A stretch of DNA of 64,000 nucleotides from Thraustochytrium aureum. Taxonomy: Eukaryota. The stretch lies in NCBI GenBank assembly GCA_012862495.1, contig BLSG01000058.1, positions 144,066 to 208,065 on the forward strand, written 5' to 3'. The translations under genes were made by a program, and so were the position numbers. Each line of letters opens with the position of its first letter. Position 1 is the stretch's first letter. Below, piece by piece: positions 36,901-49,888 of the stretch. Under the pieces are notes generated by a model. It had not been told where the DNA came from, searched no databases, and saw only the letters and a program-made list of their open reading frames with translations.

Positions 36901-39900
36901 TCTCGGCGCAGGAACGGAAGACGCCCAGGCACCGCGACACCAAGCATCTCAAGAACCAGATTGCAGTACTCGCGCTGGTCGGCGGCTTGGCTGCTTGGAA
37001 ACACGCCAAAACCCTTCGGCTCTCCACCCTGGCCGAGCCAAGCAACGGCAGCAAAAAGCCCAGAGCCCACGTTCTGTGGGTCGCTCACGATGACGACGTC
37101 TACTGCGTCGCGGGCCAGAGCACCCAGAGTCGCCGGCACAGTCGGCTCAGGGCCGAATACACGGCTCGTGACGTGAACCCGCGCCACATCGAACACCCAC
37201 TTCTCGCAGCTCGAATCCACGAAGCCGACCGACGGCTTGTCTGTCATGATAGACACAGCGACAGCGCTGATCNNNNNNNNNNNNNNNNNNNNNNNNNNNN
37301 NNNNNNNNNNNNNNNNNNNNNNNNNNNNNNNNNNNNNNNNNNNNNNNNNNNNNNNNNNNNNNNNNNNNNNNNNNNNNNNNNNNNNNNNNNNNNNNNNNNN
37401 CTGTTTGCGAAGGTTCGCCTTTCCCGAATGAGAGACCGGACCTCGGGGTCGACGCTGGACCAGACCTCGAGGACTCGCGCCCATTCCTGTGCACTGGCAT
37501 GCCTTGAAAAATGCTTGACCCGAGTCCAAACGGGGTGGCGGTCGAGGACTTGCAACACCCGCTCAGCCAGCTCCTCCGCGCAGCTCTCGAGTTTGCTTTT
37601 GTGGGCTTCTTCTGTCGACTGGGCTTCTTCAAGCAATGCGTAGAGCTTCTCTGATTCGAACGTCAGAGCCGCATTTTGGTTTCGCAGTCGAAGCAGGGGC
37701 GAGCCAGGTCGCCCGTCACTTGGCTTTCTGTTTCGAGAGCAAGCAGGCCGTCTGTTCGAGCTGCATCTGGCTTGCTTCATGTGCGAGCGAGGCCGCGGTC
37801 GCAGCAGCCTCCGCGGCCTCAGCCTGCTCCTTGGCCCGTCGAAAGCCATCCAGCAGCGGGGGGATAAGCTGGGAATCGTCCACCTCAGTCTGAAGCTCGT
37901 CGATCGCAAGTAGGGCTCCAAGCATGATCAATTGCTGCCCGGCAAGCCCACAAGTTGGACTCGCGATGCTCCCGGCTGAAGACGCCTGGGAAAGACGAGC
38001 TGCATAGCGAAACTTTGTGGGGATGCCGCTTGGGGGAAGCGCAGCCTTCCAAGCCGCGCCGACCCACGAAAGCGCCGCAATGAATTGGACGGCTTGGCGC
38101 GGGAGCTCATCCTGACCCGAGTCTTCGATGGCCTCGTGGACCAGCGCGCAAAGCTTCGGAGCCGCTTCAGCGAGTGGCTGCCCAAGGAGCATTTGAAATG
38201 TGAACCGCTTGGCGGATTGGCCGTGCTGGAGGCTCGCCTCGACGATGCCGGCAAGATTGAGCAGCTCGTTGTGGCTCGCGACCTTGAAAATCCAAAACCC
38301 CGGCTGTCCAGGCGCCTCTGTTGGGGCCGCCTCCAGCAGATCGAGGAGCAGAGCCGCGTGCGAGGCAAGCCGTAAAGTCTGGTTCGAGTCGGCGTCCTCT
38401 GGATGCTGTGCTGGAAGGAAACGCCAAAGAACTTCGCGGTAAGCCCTACCGACGGCCCCGACGCGCCTGAGCATGCCACCGCGGGCTGGGATGCTGGAGA
38501 GTGTGGCCGTGCCGGCGAGTTGCCAAAGCGCCGCGTGAGTTTGTGCGTGCAATCGCTGGAGGGCGTCAGCCAAGGCCTGAGCTTGCCTGGGCTCGTCGTC
38601 CCGCTTGATCGCCTGGAAAAAGTCCGAAAGCGGATCGGCGAGAACGCTGCGTGGAACTTCCCTGAGATCCGGCCTGAAGTTGCCCTCCACAAGGACCTCA
38701 TACAGGCTCGCCTTGGCCTCCTGAAGGTCGGCGCTGGCGAGATCTGCTTCAAGCATGAACCTATGGATAGTCTCCAGCAGAGCAAGCTCGACGCCGCGAA
38801 GAGTGGCGGCGAAACGCTTCTTCTGTTTCCTCCACTGTTCCTGTGGGTCTACTTGCGCTGCAGCGAACGTCGCTGGCGAGATTTGTGCTTTGTGGACGCC
38901 TGGATGCTCGAGCGCCTCTACCAGAGTCTCGACGGCTGCACGGCGCCCGCTTTTGTCGACAGACTCCACGTAGATGTGCCACAGGGCCCAAATCAGAGCG
39001 CGAAGAGCCCCGTCTCTCTGCAAGGGCATGATGCCCTGCCGAAGCGCGGCTGCGTTGACGGCGCGAAGAAGCATGCCCAGCGTCGCCTGCCCTCCGCCAA
39101 CCAATGCAAAGTCCCCGTCGAGGCACTTTGCCCTGTATGCCCCGTGAAAGCGGACGAGCAACGCCGCCAAGCAGCTCGCGCCCTCAATTCGCGGCAGCAC
39201 ATTAGCTGCGATGGTGAAGGCAGGCCCCGAAACGGAGCAGTCTGCGTCTGCCGCAGGGAGCCACAAACGAACGACGCGGTTCAGGAAAGCGGTTGAGAGT
39301 TTGTAGCTGTTGGCTCGCGCCATGTTGGCTGTGCAGAAGACGCGGAAATTGGGATGGAATTTGGTTGTCCCATCCCGACCGTTTGCCGTCAGGACCTCCG
39401 CGGTGCCGCTCTCGAGCAAGCTCATCGTGGGGTCTTCCTCAAAGAGCGGGTTGAGGCGCTCCAACACCTCGGGCGGGGCGCTGTTCACGTTGTCGAGGAG
39501 GACCCAATGGCCGAGGCGCATGGCTTGAACGAGCTCCGACTCGACGAACTGAAAGCAGAGATCCTTGCTTTGCGAGGCCGAGGGCGCCGGCCCGTCCGCA
39601 GAGTCGACAGACTCGCCGCTGTCTGAGCTGAGTTGAGCGGCTTGGTTTTCTCTCTCCTCTTCCAGCAGTGCCTCCGCTTGGCAAAGTTCGGCAGTGACCG
39701 CCCCGACTTGCACCTCGCACCACCGCGCGGTACGCGCAGCGCGGATGCGACGCGAACGCTTTCTACACGAGAGGCTCACGGCATCAAACGCGTCCCGACA
39801 GTCTACGAGATCCTGCGTCAGCGTTTCTAGCGTCTCGACCAGAGCGTGCAAGGCGCCCGCAAGCTGATCGGAGGTCGACAAGGTGGAGACACGGAGAGCC

Positions 39901-42900
39901 GCCGTCAGAGCGCTTGGGATGCGCCCGAGGGCCTGCGATATTTTGGCGCGCATAGAGTCCCTGTTGCTCTGCGCCGCCTTGGCCTGCACCTGGGTTTCGC
40001 TCCTGCTGGCCAGTTCGTCGCTGGCCGTGACGAGTTGCGGGAGGAGGCGCGAGACGAGAAAGCGCGTCCGAGTCTTCAAGGACTCAAACAGGGGCCATGC
40101 AGACCGACGAGCCCGGTCGGCAAGCCGGCCAGGGACCCACTGACCCACGAGGTCGCCGGTCTCGGTGCCGTCCGTGAGCGAAATCACGACGAGGCGCCGC
40201 TGGCAGATCCGAGAGAGTTCTTTGACTGCGGCCGTCTTTCCTGCGCCAGAGTCTCCTTCGAGCAGCACGGACCTGTTACTGAGTACCACCATGCCAAGCG
40301 CCTCAAGCTGTTGCAAAACCGCGCTGGTGTGGACTAGGGGTGCTGCGTGGCGCCAAGTTGCGCTCGAGCCCCGCTCGAGGTATGCGGCGCCGATGCGGAC
40401 CATGCCTTCCACCGAGAGGTCGACGTCCCGGGAGACGCGCAACTCGAGGGCAGTATCGGAAGGAAGGTGGCGGTCGATCACGCCTTGAGCGACAAGGCGC
40501 TCTTCGAGATCTTGAAGGCCGTCGACGTAGATCAGCGCGGCGAAGCGCTTCAGAACGATAGTGCGCACGTCCACAGCCCCGAGGGCCGCCCCGCCAGAGC
40601 CGTGCGCAAAGTGGTCCTCAATGTTCGCGGCGTTTCCCTCGAGCAGATCGCGCAGCTTGTTGAGGTCGCGCAGGTTGAAGTTACAGCCAGCGAGGCCCTT
40701 GCCGAGCTTTTTGTTGTTAACCAGCGCCTGGATTTCGGTGTGGATCTTGAAGAGTCTCACCAAATGGTCTTCGGTTATAGGCGCCCATCCCTCCCCAGTT
40801 GCGACCAGGCCAGAAAAGGTCGCCCGGACAATCGCAAACAGCTCGGCATCGTCATAGTCGCCAAGGCGGACAACCGTGAACCTGTTCTGAACGGAGCGGG
40901 GCAACTGCGCCCGCCCGCCTCCGACGCCGACCGGGTTCATTGTAGCAAAAACGCGCGCTGTGGTGACGTCGATCCGCTCATCCGTGCCGGGAACAACAAA
41001 CTCTCCTTTCCCGCCGAGGAGGGGTCCAATCGTCTCGAGCGTTTCGGGCGGCGCAAGGTTGATCTCGTCCAGGAGAACCCAGTCGCCGTTGCGCAAGGCC
41101 TCGACGAGCGGCCCGTCTTGCCACTCAAAGGTGCGCTGCCCATCCGGCGTGCTTCGTGGTATGATGCTGCCAAGTAGCTGGTCGGTGGTCGTGTTGGCCG
41201 AGAGGTTGATGCGCTTGACCTTGAAGCCAGCGAGTCGAGCGACACCCTCTACCGACGCCGTTTTGCCAACCCCTGGCGGCCCCTCCAGGAGCAGGCGACT
41301 TTGCGCGGAGAGCGCTGCAAAAATACTTGCCACGTTCTTCACAGCTGATTTGGTCGCTGCAAGGCCAAATCGTTCGAGCGGCGAGGCAAGTTCGGTCTCC
41401 TGTTGTCTCGCCCCGTTCATCTTGACTCGAAGGCCGCCGTATGAGACCTCTATGGTCCCGTTCTCCACGTCTTGCATGAAGGGCTGTTCAAGCGCAGCCG
41501 CGGTGGGAGGTCCGAAAAGCTCGTTCATCTCCCTACTGTCGGCGTCGAGCTCCTGGTGTAGGATGCCCTTCACGGCAGGAAGGCCGAGATCACCTTGTAC
41601 CAGGCTCTCGAGAAGGAGAAAGCGAAGCCCGAGAACTGCCCAGCGGCGCACGTCCTTAGCGGTGTGCCCGCGGCGATCTTGGGCTTGGTTGACGACAAAA
41701 TCGCAAACCCGGAGCAGAGATGACACGGTAGCGTGCTTGCCGGAGGGCGAGGCGCGCATCTCGATCAGAACCCGGATCAAGACATCAGCGATGCGAGCAG
41801 CCTCTCCGCGTGCTAGTTCAGCACGACATAGCGCGTGGATTAGGATCAGCTTGAGCTCTTGTACCTTTTCGCCCTGCCCCAGAGCGTTTTCAGAAACCAA
41901 CGGCCCCGGCGGCAAGAGGCTCGGGACTGTGATCTCTGTGAATCGGGACCTCGTGGCAGGGCTGATGTTGCGGAGCTGCTGACCCTCCGCTTGGTGGACA
42001 GTCGCAAACACCTGGAAACCCGGGGCGACGGCAACTTGCTGACCGTGCCCATCCGCGCTGCGAGACACGTCCTCAACGAGCGTAAACTCAGGATCGGGCT
42101 CCAAGACGCTATTGAGGCGCTCCGTAACCGCCTGGTCGGGGGAGTCAAAGTCCTCCAACAGAAGTGCGTGCCCCGAGGTGATGGCGCGAGTCACCGAACC
42201 TTCGCGGAAAGCAAATACCGGGTCGCCCGACCCGCTCGTCACGCAGTCGGCGATGTCGGCAACCAAATGCTCCACGCGGGCCAAGGAGGTGATTGCAAAA
42301 TGCGGCGTGCCGTTGTCCGGGTTTGCCGCCTGCCTTAGCAGCCATCTCTAGCTCGCGCGTGGTTTCTTTGCATCGTTCGATGCACCGGCTGAATGCCTCC
42401 GTCTTCAGGTCGGCGATGCCGTTGATCTTTGCCATGCGGCGCAGTGCTTTGAGCGACAAGCCCTGGTCTCTGCTGGAGTCAGGCGCGCCTTGCAAAGGGG
42501 GTTGAGGCGGTTGAACGGAGTCGCCCGCGTCAGAAGCGTCGCTTCCAAGGCCAAAGTCGCTGGTGAGGATATAGTCACCGTCAAGCGAGAAAGGGTCCAC
42601 GATCCCAGCAAGCGAAGCGACTGCTGTTGCGGGCGCTGGCGGGTGAAAGGGGTTCCCGGAATCTTGCTCAAAAGGGTCCCAAACGACAACTTGCGGGCTG
42701 TCAAAAAAGGGGTCCGAAACGACAACCCGCGGGCTGTCAACAAAGGCGACGGTGGTGTCCGCAAAGGGGTCGTCCACGACGAGGAAGCTGCTCGGCGCTG
42801 AGTTCGGTTGCGCAGCCTGGCACCCGACGCCGTCTGTGCCACACTCGAACGGATCAGGAACGCTCAGAGCGCCTTGAACAGGCGGGACAATCTCGAACGA

Positions 42901-45900
42901 AGCGCTCGAATCAGAGTCAGACGCGTTGCCATCGTCCACCAACATGAACTCGCCTCCACCGTCCGTGAGAGAAAGGCTTTCAAGGTCGTCGCTCGTTCCT
43001 GAGCTCGCGCGCATCCGCAGTTCCACGTCAACGCTCTCGACGGCTTGCCAAGCTTGCTCCGCGAAGTCTTGGAGCCTGTCAAGGGACCGGGCCTGCGCAT
43101 TGCTCGTTTGCGCTTCGAGCTGCTGGGCTCGAAACTCTGCGATCGCCTCGTGCAAGTCGTTCAAGTTGCGCTCCGCAGCACTGACCCAGTCTCCGTTGGG
43201 GATTGCCACGTCCGCCTGCATTTGCACGAACAGGCGGCGCAGCGTAGATTCCACCGCCTGGAGCCCGGCAAGGGGCGAGTACGGGTGCACAGAGCCCACC
43301 AAGTCGCTGCTCTCCGAGTCAGGGGAAAGGAAGCAAACGGCCGGTGTCGCCCCCGTGATGGCCACCCAGGTCTCGAAAAGGGTCGTCTTGAAGGACGTGG
43401 GCCCCACGAGCAGGATAGGCTCTTTGTTGAACGCCGCGATGAGGACCTGGCCAAGACACTTGAGAAAGGATGCGGGGACGTTTTCCTCTCTGAGAACGCC
43501 AGTGCTTTTGTCGATGTAGGCCTCGAGGAGGCTTGAGGCTGCAAGGTTGACTCCAGGAATCCGGACGCGCAGGCCGTTGACGGAAACGTTGACGCCGTCG
43601 CCGTCCTGCTCGAGCACGCGCGCGGAGCGGGCCACATTCGCAACCTGGTCACTGATGCACAGGGCTTGGGCGAGGCGCTTTCGGTGCTCGTCGGTGGCGG
43701 CGCGCGAATCGAGCAAGGACCGGCCGACAAGCGACCAGCTGTCTTTGCCTTCGGCTTTCACGGCGTGGTACCGTCGGCGCCACTTTACGAGCTCACGAAA
43801 GGTAATCCGCAATGCAGGCACGCCGCTGAGTTCGCCGTAGGCGCGTGACATGAGCGAGCACACCTCGCGAGGGAGGGCGGGGAGCTCGTTGCCGCCGGCG
43901 CGTGGCGCGTCTTTCCGCCGCTGGAGGATCTCGTCGATCTCGTCCGGGCCGTACTCGTCGACGCTGATCTCCACGAAGCGGGTCCTCAACGTGGCAGGCA
44001 GCACGTTGCGACCGGCGAACTCTCGCGTGGCCGGGTTTTGGGTGGCAAAGAAGCGGAAGCTGCGGTGAACGGTAAGAAGTAGATCCGAGTCTGGCACCCT
44101 GATCGTCGCGCAGCCTTCCAAGAGAGGCGCCAGGAGGCTCATGATGCTTGGGTCGGCCAAATTGAGTTCGTCAGCAAGGAACCAACACCCGTCCTCGATC
44201 GCCACGGTAAGGGGCCCCTTTTGGAATACGAGGCCGCCAGCGTGCGGCATGAATGCTCCAAAGTAGTCGTGGATGGTTGTGGACACGGTGTTGTTGACGC
44301 GCATCATGTCGACCCCTTGATGGCAAGCAAGCATCGAAACGAGCGCGGTTTTGCCCACTGCGGCGGGGCCCTCAAGCAGGACTGGGTGTCCGCAGCGGAC
44401 AGCCGCTAGCACGCGGCGCGCGTAGTCCAAGCGTTTGCCGACAAGAACGATCTTGCCCGTTTTGTCCTGCGGGTCCTGCCAGTAGCGAGTCGGTGGGAGC
44501 TCGACACCAAGGACAACCCCGCGCGCAATCTCCAGCGCCGTGGAAAGGTTGAGTGCCCCAGTCTCGTTTCTCTCGTAAAGCAGGCGGAAAGCACTCTCCA
44601 GCAGGCGCGCGACGGTCCGCAGGGACGCGTCGATGCCGGCCAAGGCGTTCGCCAGGAACGCCTGCACCTCGTCCAGCTCTGGTGATTGCCTGTCGAGGCA
44701 GAGGATGACGCTGGCGATGTGTCGCAGTTCCTCAACTCGCGCGTCGTCCGGGGAAAAGTTGGACCCAAGCGAGGGCAGGAACACTGCCGTGAAGCGGTTT
44801 GACAGAGCTGGACTGAGCTCATTGTTCCGCCCATCGGCGCGGCCCACCATCGTGGCGACAACGCGAAAGCTCTCGGGGACGGGAAGGGTCTCGAAAGGGT
44901 CGCTTTGCGCCTCGGTGGAGCCTCCCTTTTCTGTGAGGCGCCACTCAACTTTGTCCTCGAGCAAAGGGTTGAGCCGCTCAAGCACGCATGGGTCGGCCTC
45001 GCCGATATTGTCCAAAAGAACCCACGAGCCGCGCCTGAGGGCCTCGGTGACAAGGCCGTCTTGCCACATGATGCGGTCGCCATCGCCCTGCGCAGAGGCG
45101 GTCGGCCTCTGGCTTCCGACAAGGAGCGATGCCTCGGTCTCGGGAGTGATATACGCTTGGACGCACTCGACGGCCCAGAGGGCTGCCAGGGCCCGCAGCG
45201 AAACGCTCTTGCCGCTGCCGCAGTCGCCGACAATCAGAAGCGGGAGCTGCGTGCGGAGAGCGCTCGCAGCAACTTCCAGGACGCGCTCCACGCGCGGCGT
45301 CAAGGCAATGGGGGGCTCGGCCGGCGGCAGTTTGCGCGCCTGGGCCAGAGCCTCGTCAACGAGGCTGTTTGGCTCTTGGTCGAGGAGTTTTCTCGATAGG
45401 AACGGCTCGATGACAACTCGGGCCAGTTGTTCCTGCAGCGCTGGGGCACGAACGATTGAGGCGATGATGCAAGCCCCGATGGCGGCAAATGCGTCAAAGC
45501 TTGGCGGCGAATCGCCCAGTTCTTCAGCAGTCTGGCACATCGCGACGTACTTGCTGATCCATGATTTCCAGGGTGAACTGGACAGCGGGTGCAAGCCGTA
45601 GCTGCGCATTACGTCTGGTTCTGCGAGAACTTGTATCGCCGTGTCGTGGGCCTCTGCGAGCGCATCAAGGCACTCCTCGGGAAGGTGACCCCCGTCTTGC
45701 AAGCGCCTTCCCCCATTCGCGTCGAGCAAGAAGGACTCGACCTGCTCGCGGCGGAGCGGACGCAAAACGGGACGCCAGGCCTCAGCACCAGACTGGATGC
45801 TCCCTTCGAATGCGGTCCACGTGGCGCCACCCAGGTGCGCTTTCCACTTGTCAGGAAAGCATGCCCAAATCGAGTCGTAGGTCTCCGGGATGCGGAAGCG

Positions 45901-48900
45901 CACCGCGTAGACCCGCCACGCGTTCCGGCTGATAGTCGCCCCGGCCGAGGCGCGCGACAGGTCCTCGAGCGAAGCCCGGGAATGCCTGACGACGGCGAGG
46001 AGTTCGCGGATGGAAAAAAGAAGCATACGCGCGTCGCTCCAGGAAGTCGTCTTGCGCCACCAGGTTGCAGATGCGCGTGTGGAAGTCGACGAGCAGCTGC
46101 GCGTGGCCAAGCAAAGTAGGCCGGGCATCTTCCGCGCATCCATGCGCGAGCTTCGTGCCGATAACCTGTGCCAGCTCATCGGTGGGAAGCGGCTGGAAGG
46201 CGACGGTGATAAATCGGGACAGGAACGAGGGCGAGAGCTCCTCGCGCTTGCCCTTGAACATGCCCGAGTTTGGGTTTTGGGTCGCAAGGAGGCGGAACTC
46301 GGGGTGCATGCTGATGCGACGCACGTGCAGCTCGCTGCTGGCCGGGTCCTTGATGACCAGCTCGCCAGAGTCGAGCGCTTCCTGGATACACTGCAACACT
46401 TGCTCCTCCGCGAGGTTGATCTCGTCGAGCAGGAGCCAGTGGCCCTCCTTGAAGGCCACTGTGAAAGGCTGCTCGGTGGTCTCGAGCTGGCCAGACTCGN
46501 NNNNNNNNNNNNNNNNNNNNNNNNNNNNNNNNNNNNNNNNNNNNNNNNNNNNNNNNNNNNNNNNNNNNNNNNNNNNNNNNNNNNNNNNNNNNNNNNNNNN
46601 NNNNNNNNNNNNNNNNNNNNNNNNNNNNNNNNNNNNNNNNNNNNNNNNNNNNNNNNNNNNNNNNNNNNNNNNNNGCTCATGTTGAAACGGCTCAGCTTCT
46701 TGCCGGCGCGCGCAGCGGCCTCGGCCACTGTCGCGCTTTTGCCGGCGCCAGTTGCGCCCTCAAGCAGCACCGGGTTGGGTGCGCGGACCAGCTGCATCAC
46801 GCGGTCGATGTTGGCGAGGGTCGTTGGGGTCTCAACAAGGCCAGTTGAGGGGCACTCTGTGGCATGCTCCGCAGCGCTGGGCGGCTCAAGCGCCATATGC
46901 TCGAGGGAGCAGGACTTGCTCTTGAGCATGCCCCGTAGGCGCTTCGCGGTTTCTTTGAGGTCTTTTGGCGAGACCTTCTGGAGGGACGCAGCGGCTGCGG
47001 CCAGAGTGCTGTCGTCTTCGCGATGGCTTGTGCGGGTGCATTCCACGAAGCTGCAAAGTTCAGCGCGGTCCATTTCGTCGTCAGCATCTGCGATCCCGGG
47101 TTGTTGCCCCGGCGGGGCGCTGCCCGAGATATTTGGCGAGGCGTTGAGCTCGTTGTTGAGAGCCTCGCACTCTTCTGGCGGAAGACACATCGCAAGCTTG
47201 AGCACGTCCGCGACAGCGGAGCGAGCGGGTCCAGAGCAATCGACGAGGCATCTCACAACATCCGGGAGGACCGGAGGAAGGGCTTGTCTCAGGAACTTGC
47301 CGACACGGCTGGACTGAGCGGCTCGCGTCAGGAAGGCGATCACGCGGGTGGCGTTGTCCGCCGTGAACCCTGATCCCGGCATCGCAGAGCGAATCATACG
47401 TTCCACGAGGCTTTCCAGGACGCTGGGCCGCGACAGGGAGGCTGTCCGCTGTCTCTTCCACCGGATCGTTTTCAGTGGATAGATTGGGCGGGCATTTGCT
47501 GATCTGCTCGGCGACCTGGAGCAGCGTGAGCAAGTCTTCGTCGTCCCAGTCGGCGCGGAGCAAAAGGTCCACCCAGTCTCCGTTAGTCGCAAGAGAGCGC
47601 AGAGCGGCGCGCTCTGGAAGAGCGGCTTCAAGCCGGAGCTGAGCTAGTGCGAGGGCACTCTGCTCCCCCATCGGCGCCGCACCTGCGGCGAGGCAGGTCG
47701 CACATGTCGCGTCGAATTGCCGGAGGAGGTCTTCGCTAAGGCCAGATTGAGCGGCGTTGACTCCAAGCTCCTTCGCCGCGGCATTGACGAGCGAGGCGCA
47801 CACAGATAGTCTGACAGGGGCATCGGAGGCACCCAGAACGACAACGACGCACTCGAGTGCCGTTGCGACGCAGCTGGCGTCGTCGTCGACGACCTCGTGA
47901 GGCGCCCGCGAAAAGAGGGGCACAAGGCTGCCAAGTGCCCGTTCAGTCCAGTCGACGGCGTCCTGCAGCAGCGTTACAGCGGCCGGCGGCCGGCGCTGCG
48001 CGATGGCGCGGAGAACGCTGCGGGCGCTCGCGGCAACCAGATTGGCGTCGCCCGAACGCAAAAAGCCGGTTTTCACGCAATTGTCCACTTGGGCCCACAA
48101 CATCGAGCAACGGTCGAGCTGGGCAGCGCTGGCGAGGCTCAGAAAGCTCGCGCAAGGCAACTTTCGAAAGGGCCAATCCGCCCCCACCGTCGACGAGCGC
48201 GCTGCGGCTGCCGAAAGGAAGTGGCAGGCCACTTGAAGTGCGTCTCGAAGCGCGCCCAGGTTGGCCTCGGGCCCCGGGGCACGCTCGGAGGCGGCTTGCG
48301 CAGCATCAAGCGCAGCGGCAAACAGGGATTCAGCGAGCTCGGCGTCGGGCAAGTTGACAAGAGTGGCAACGAGCTCGATCGTCGTCGCGTCGCCGACCGG
48401 CAGGGTCCTCCCGGATGCGCCCGTCGCGGCACCGCGCAAGGAAGCCGCGGCCATCTCCGTCCACAGCTGGAGCACGAGCGCCCTGGAGCCTCCCTCTGGC
48501 ATGGATAGAGCTCGCTGCCCGATCTCGCTGAGAAGAGCTGTCCTGCCAGCCACGCTGCCGCTGCTGTTGGTGGCGGCGAGCGAGAAAACCTCGAAGATGA
48601 GGCTGGGGCCCTCGCGGCAGACGGGAAGCTCAAAGTCTGCCTTTGCTTGCGGCTCGAGCGCGCTGCGAATCGCAGTGAGGTGCTCGTCCAGGGCCGGGAG
48701 GCCCGGCGGGCCGGGCCCGGGCCAGCTTCGAGTGCCGCGAGAAGCAGACGCCCGAGCAGGTTGCGCACGGCCCGGTGGGCGTCGTCGCGAACACCAAAAC
48801 CTTCGCCAGGCGCGGACGCCGAGTGGCTCGCGTCGGTCCACATGATTGCCGTCAGTTGGCGGACTTCGGGGTCAGCGCGCAGGGCTGGGCCTATTCCAGA

Positions 48901-49704
48901 CACTGGGTCGGCGCTGACCGCATTGATGTTGTTCTCCAGCTTGCGCAATAGGACTTCATTCGACGGCTCGATGCAACGAACCAGCGGGCGGAGCATTGCG
49001 TACGTCCAAAGACCAGAGAGCAGGGCTGCATCCGCGGGCGCGGAGTCGCCAGGCCACAGGGCTGGCTCGCCACATTGGAGCATCAGCGCGAGCCCCTCTG
49101 CCATCAAAACGCGCGCGGAGTCGAGCACCTTGGCTGGGAGAAGGTTGGTCAGACTCTGCGATCCGTCACCGATAATCCAGTCGCTGCGCACGCGGGCGCT
49201 GGCACCGCAAAAATGCGCCACAGCGCGAACGAGAGGCTCCGCGGCACTGGGTATGAAGCGGCGGAACGCGTGCAGCGACATTGCGAACGCAATGTCAGTC
49301 CGGGTCTCGTCCGACAGCGGGCGCGCCTCGACCGTGACCAAGGAGGACGGGAACGGGCATTGCGCGTGGCGGCGGATCGCTTCTAGTATCTTGTTCAAAA
49401 GATACCCTGAGGCGACCGCAACGCCGTCGTGCTTGAGGCTCCAAACCTGCCAGCCGAGGCAGTTTGACCTGGGTTGGTCGACTTGCCGCGGAGACAGCAG
49501 CCTTTGCACAATGACCCTGATTTGGGCCTGGTCCATTTCGGTCGGCAAGCGATCAGCCAGCGTCACGAGGCGGCGAGCGCCATCCCGAAGCGTCTGGCCG
49601 CACCGGTTTGGGTGGGCGGCTTTGGCCTCCAGCATCTGGTCCACGACCCTGACCACCCTGTCGCAAAACGCGCCCACGCCGCCACCCGGACCGTTTTGCT
49701 CCAT
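21946..49704 (-). CDS. MDN1-like: Giant midasin/Rea1-like protein: N-domain, six AAA+ modules, long linker with Ig-like domains, four vWA domains (~7 frameshifts, 3 internal gaps, 3' end in gap)
   Basis: Chained minus ORFs 49725-48139, 48841-47081, 47631-42145 (with 46459-45851), 42284-37716, 37921-37244, 37529-27966, 27942-25477, 25663-21946. Walker A: GATGAGKS, GDCGSGKS, GPAAVGKT, GPTSFKT, GPPGVGKT, GDSGAGKT, each with MoxR/dynein-type Walker B, 'FRxxATxN'-like and 'LxxRF'-like motifs. vWA motifs DNSGS, DVSQS, DCTGS, DESGS. Confidence 0.85.
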
Positions 49705-49740
49705 CCTCTTGCTTGTTGAAATCAACCAGAAGCGAGAGAA

Positions 49741-49888
49741 CTGCCTGCGTGCTTGCTTTCGTGCGAGCCAGCCTTCGACCCTGCCTGCCTGCCTGCCTGC
49801 CTGCCTACGTGCGTGCCTGCGAGTGCGCCTGCCTGCGTGCCTGCGTGCGTGCCTGCGAGTGCGCCTGCGAGTGTGCCTGCCTGCGTGC
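49741..49888. repeat. (GCCT)n/(GCGT)n compound microsatellite just upstream of the giant gene
   Basis: cctgcctgcctgcctgcctgcc...gcgtgcctgcgagtgcgcctgcc repeated. Confidence 0.8.

Noticed and set aside
22000..49700. Many long plus-strand ORFs opposite the giant gene
   Set aside because: Shadow ORFs expected in GC-rich coding DNA; no recognisable motifs.
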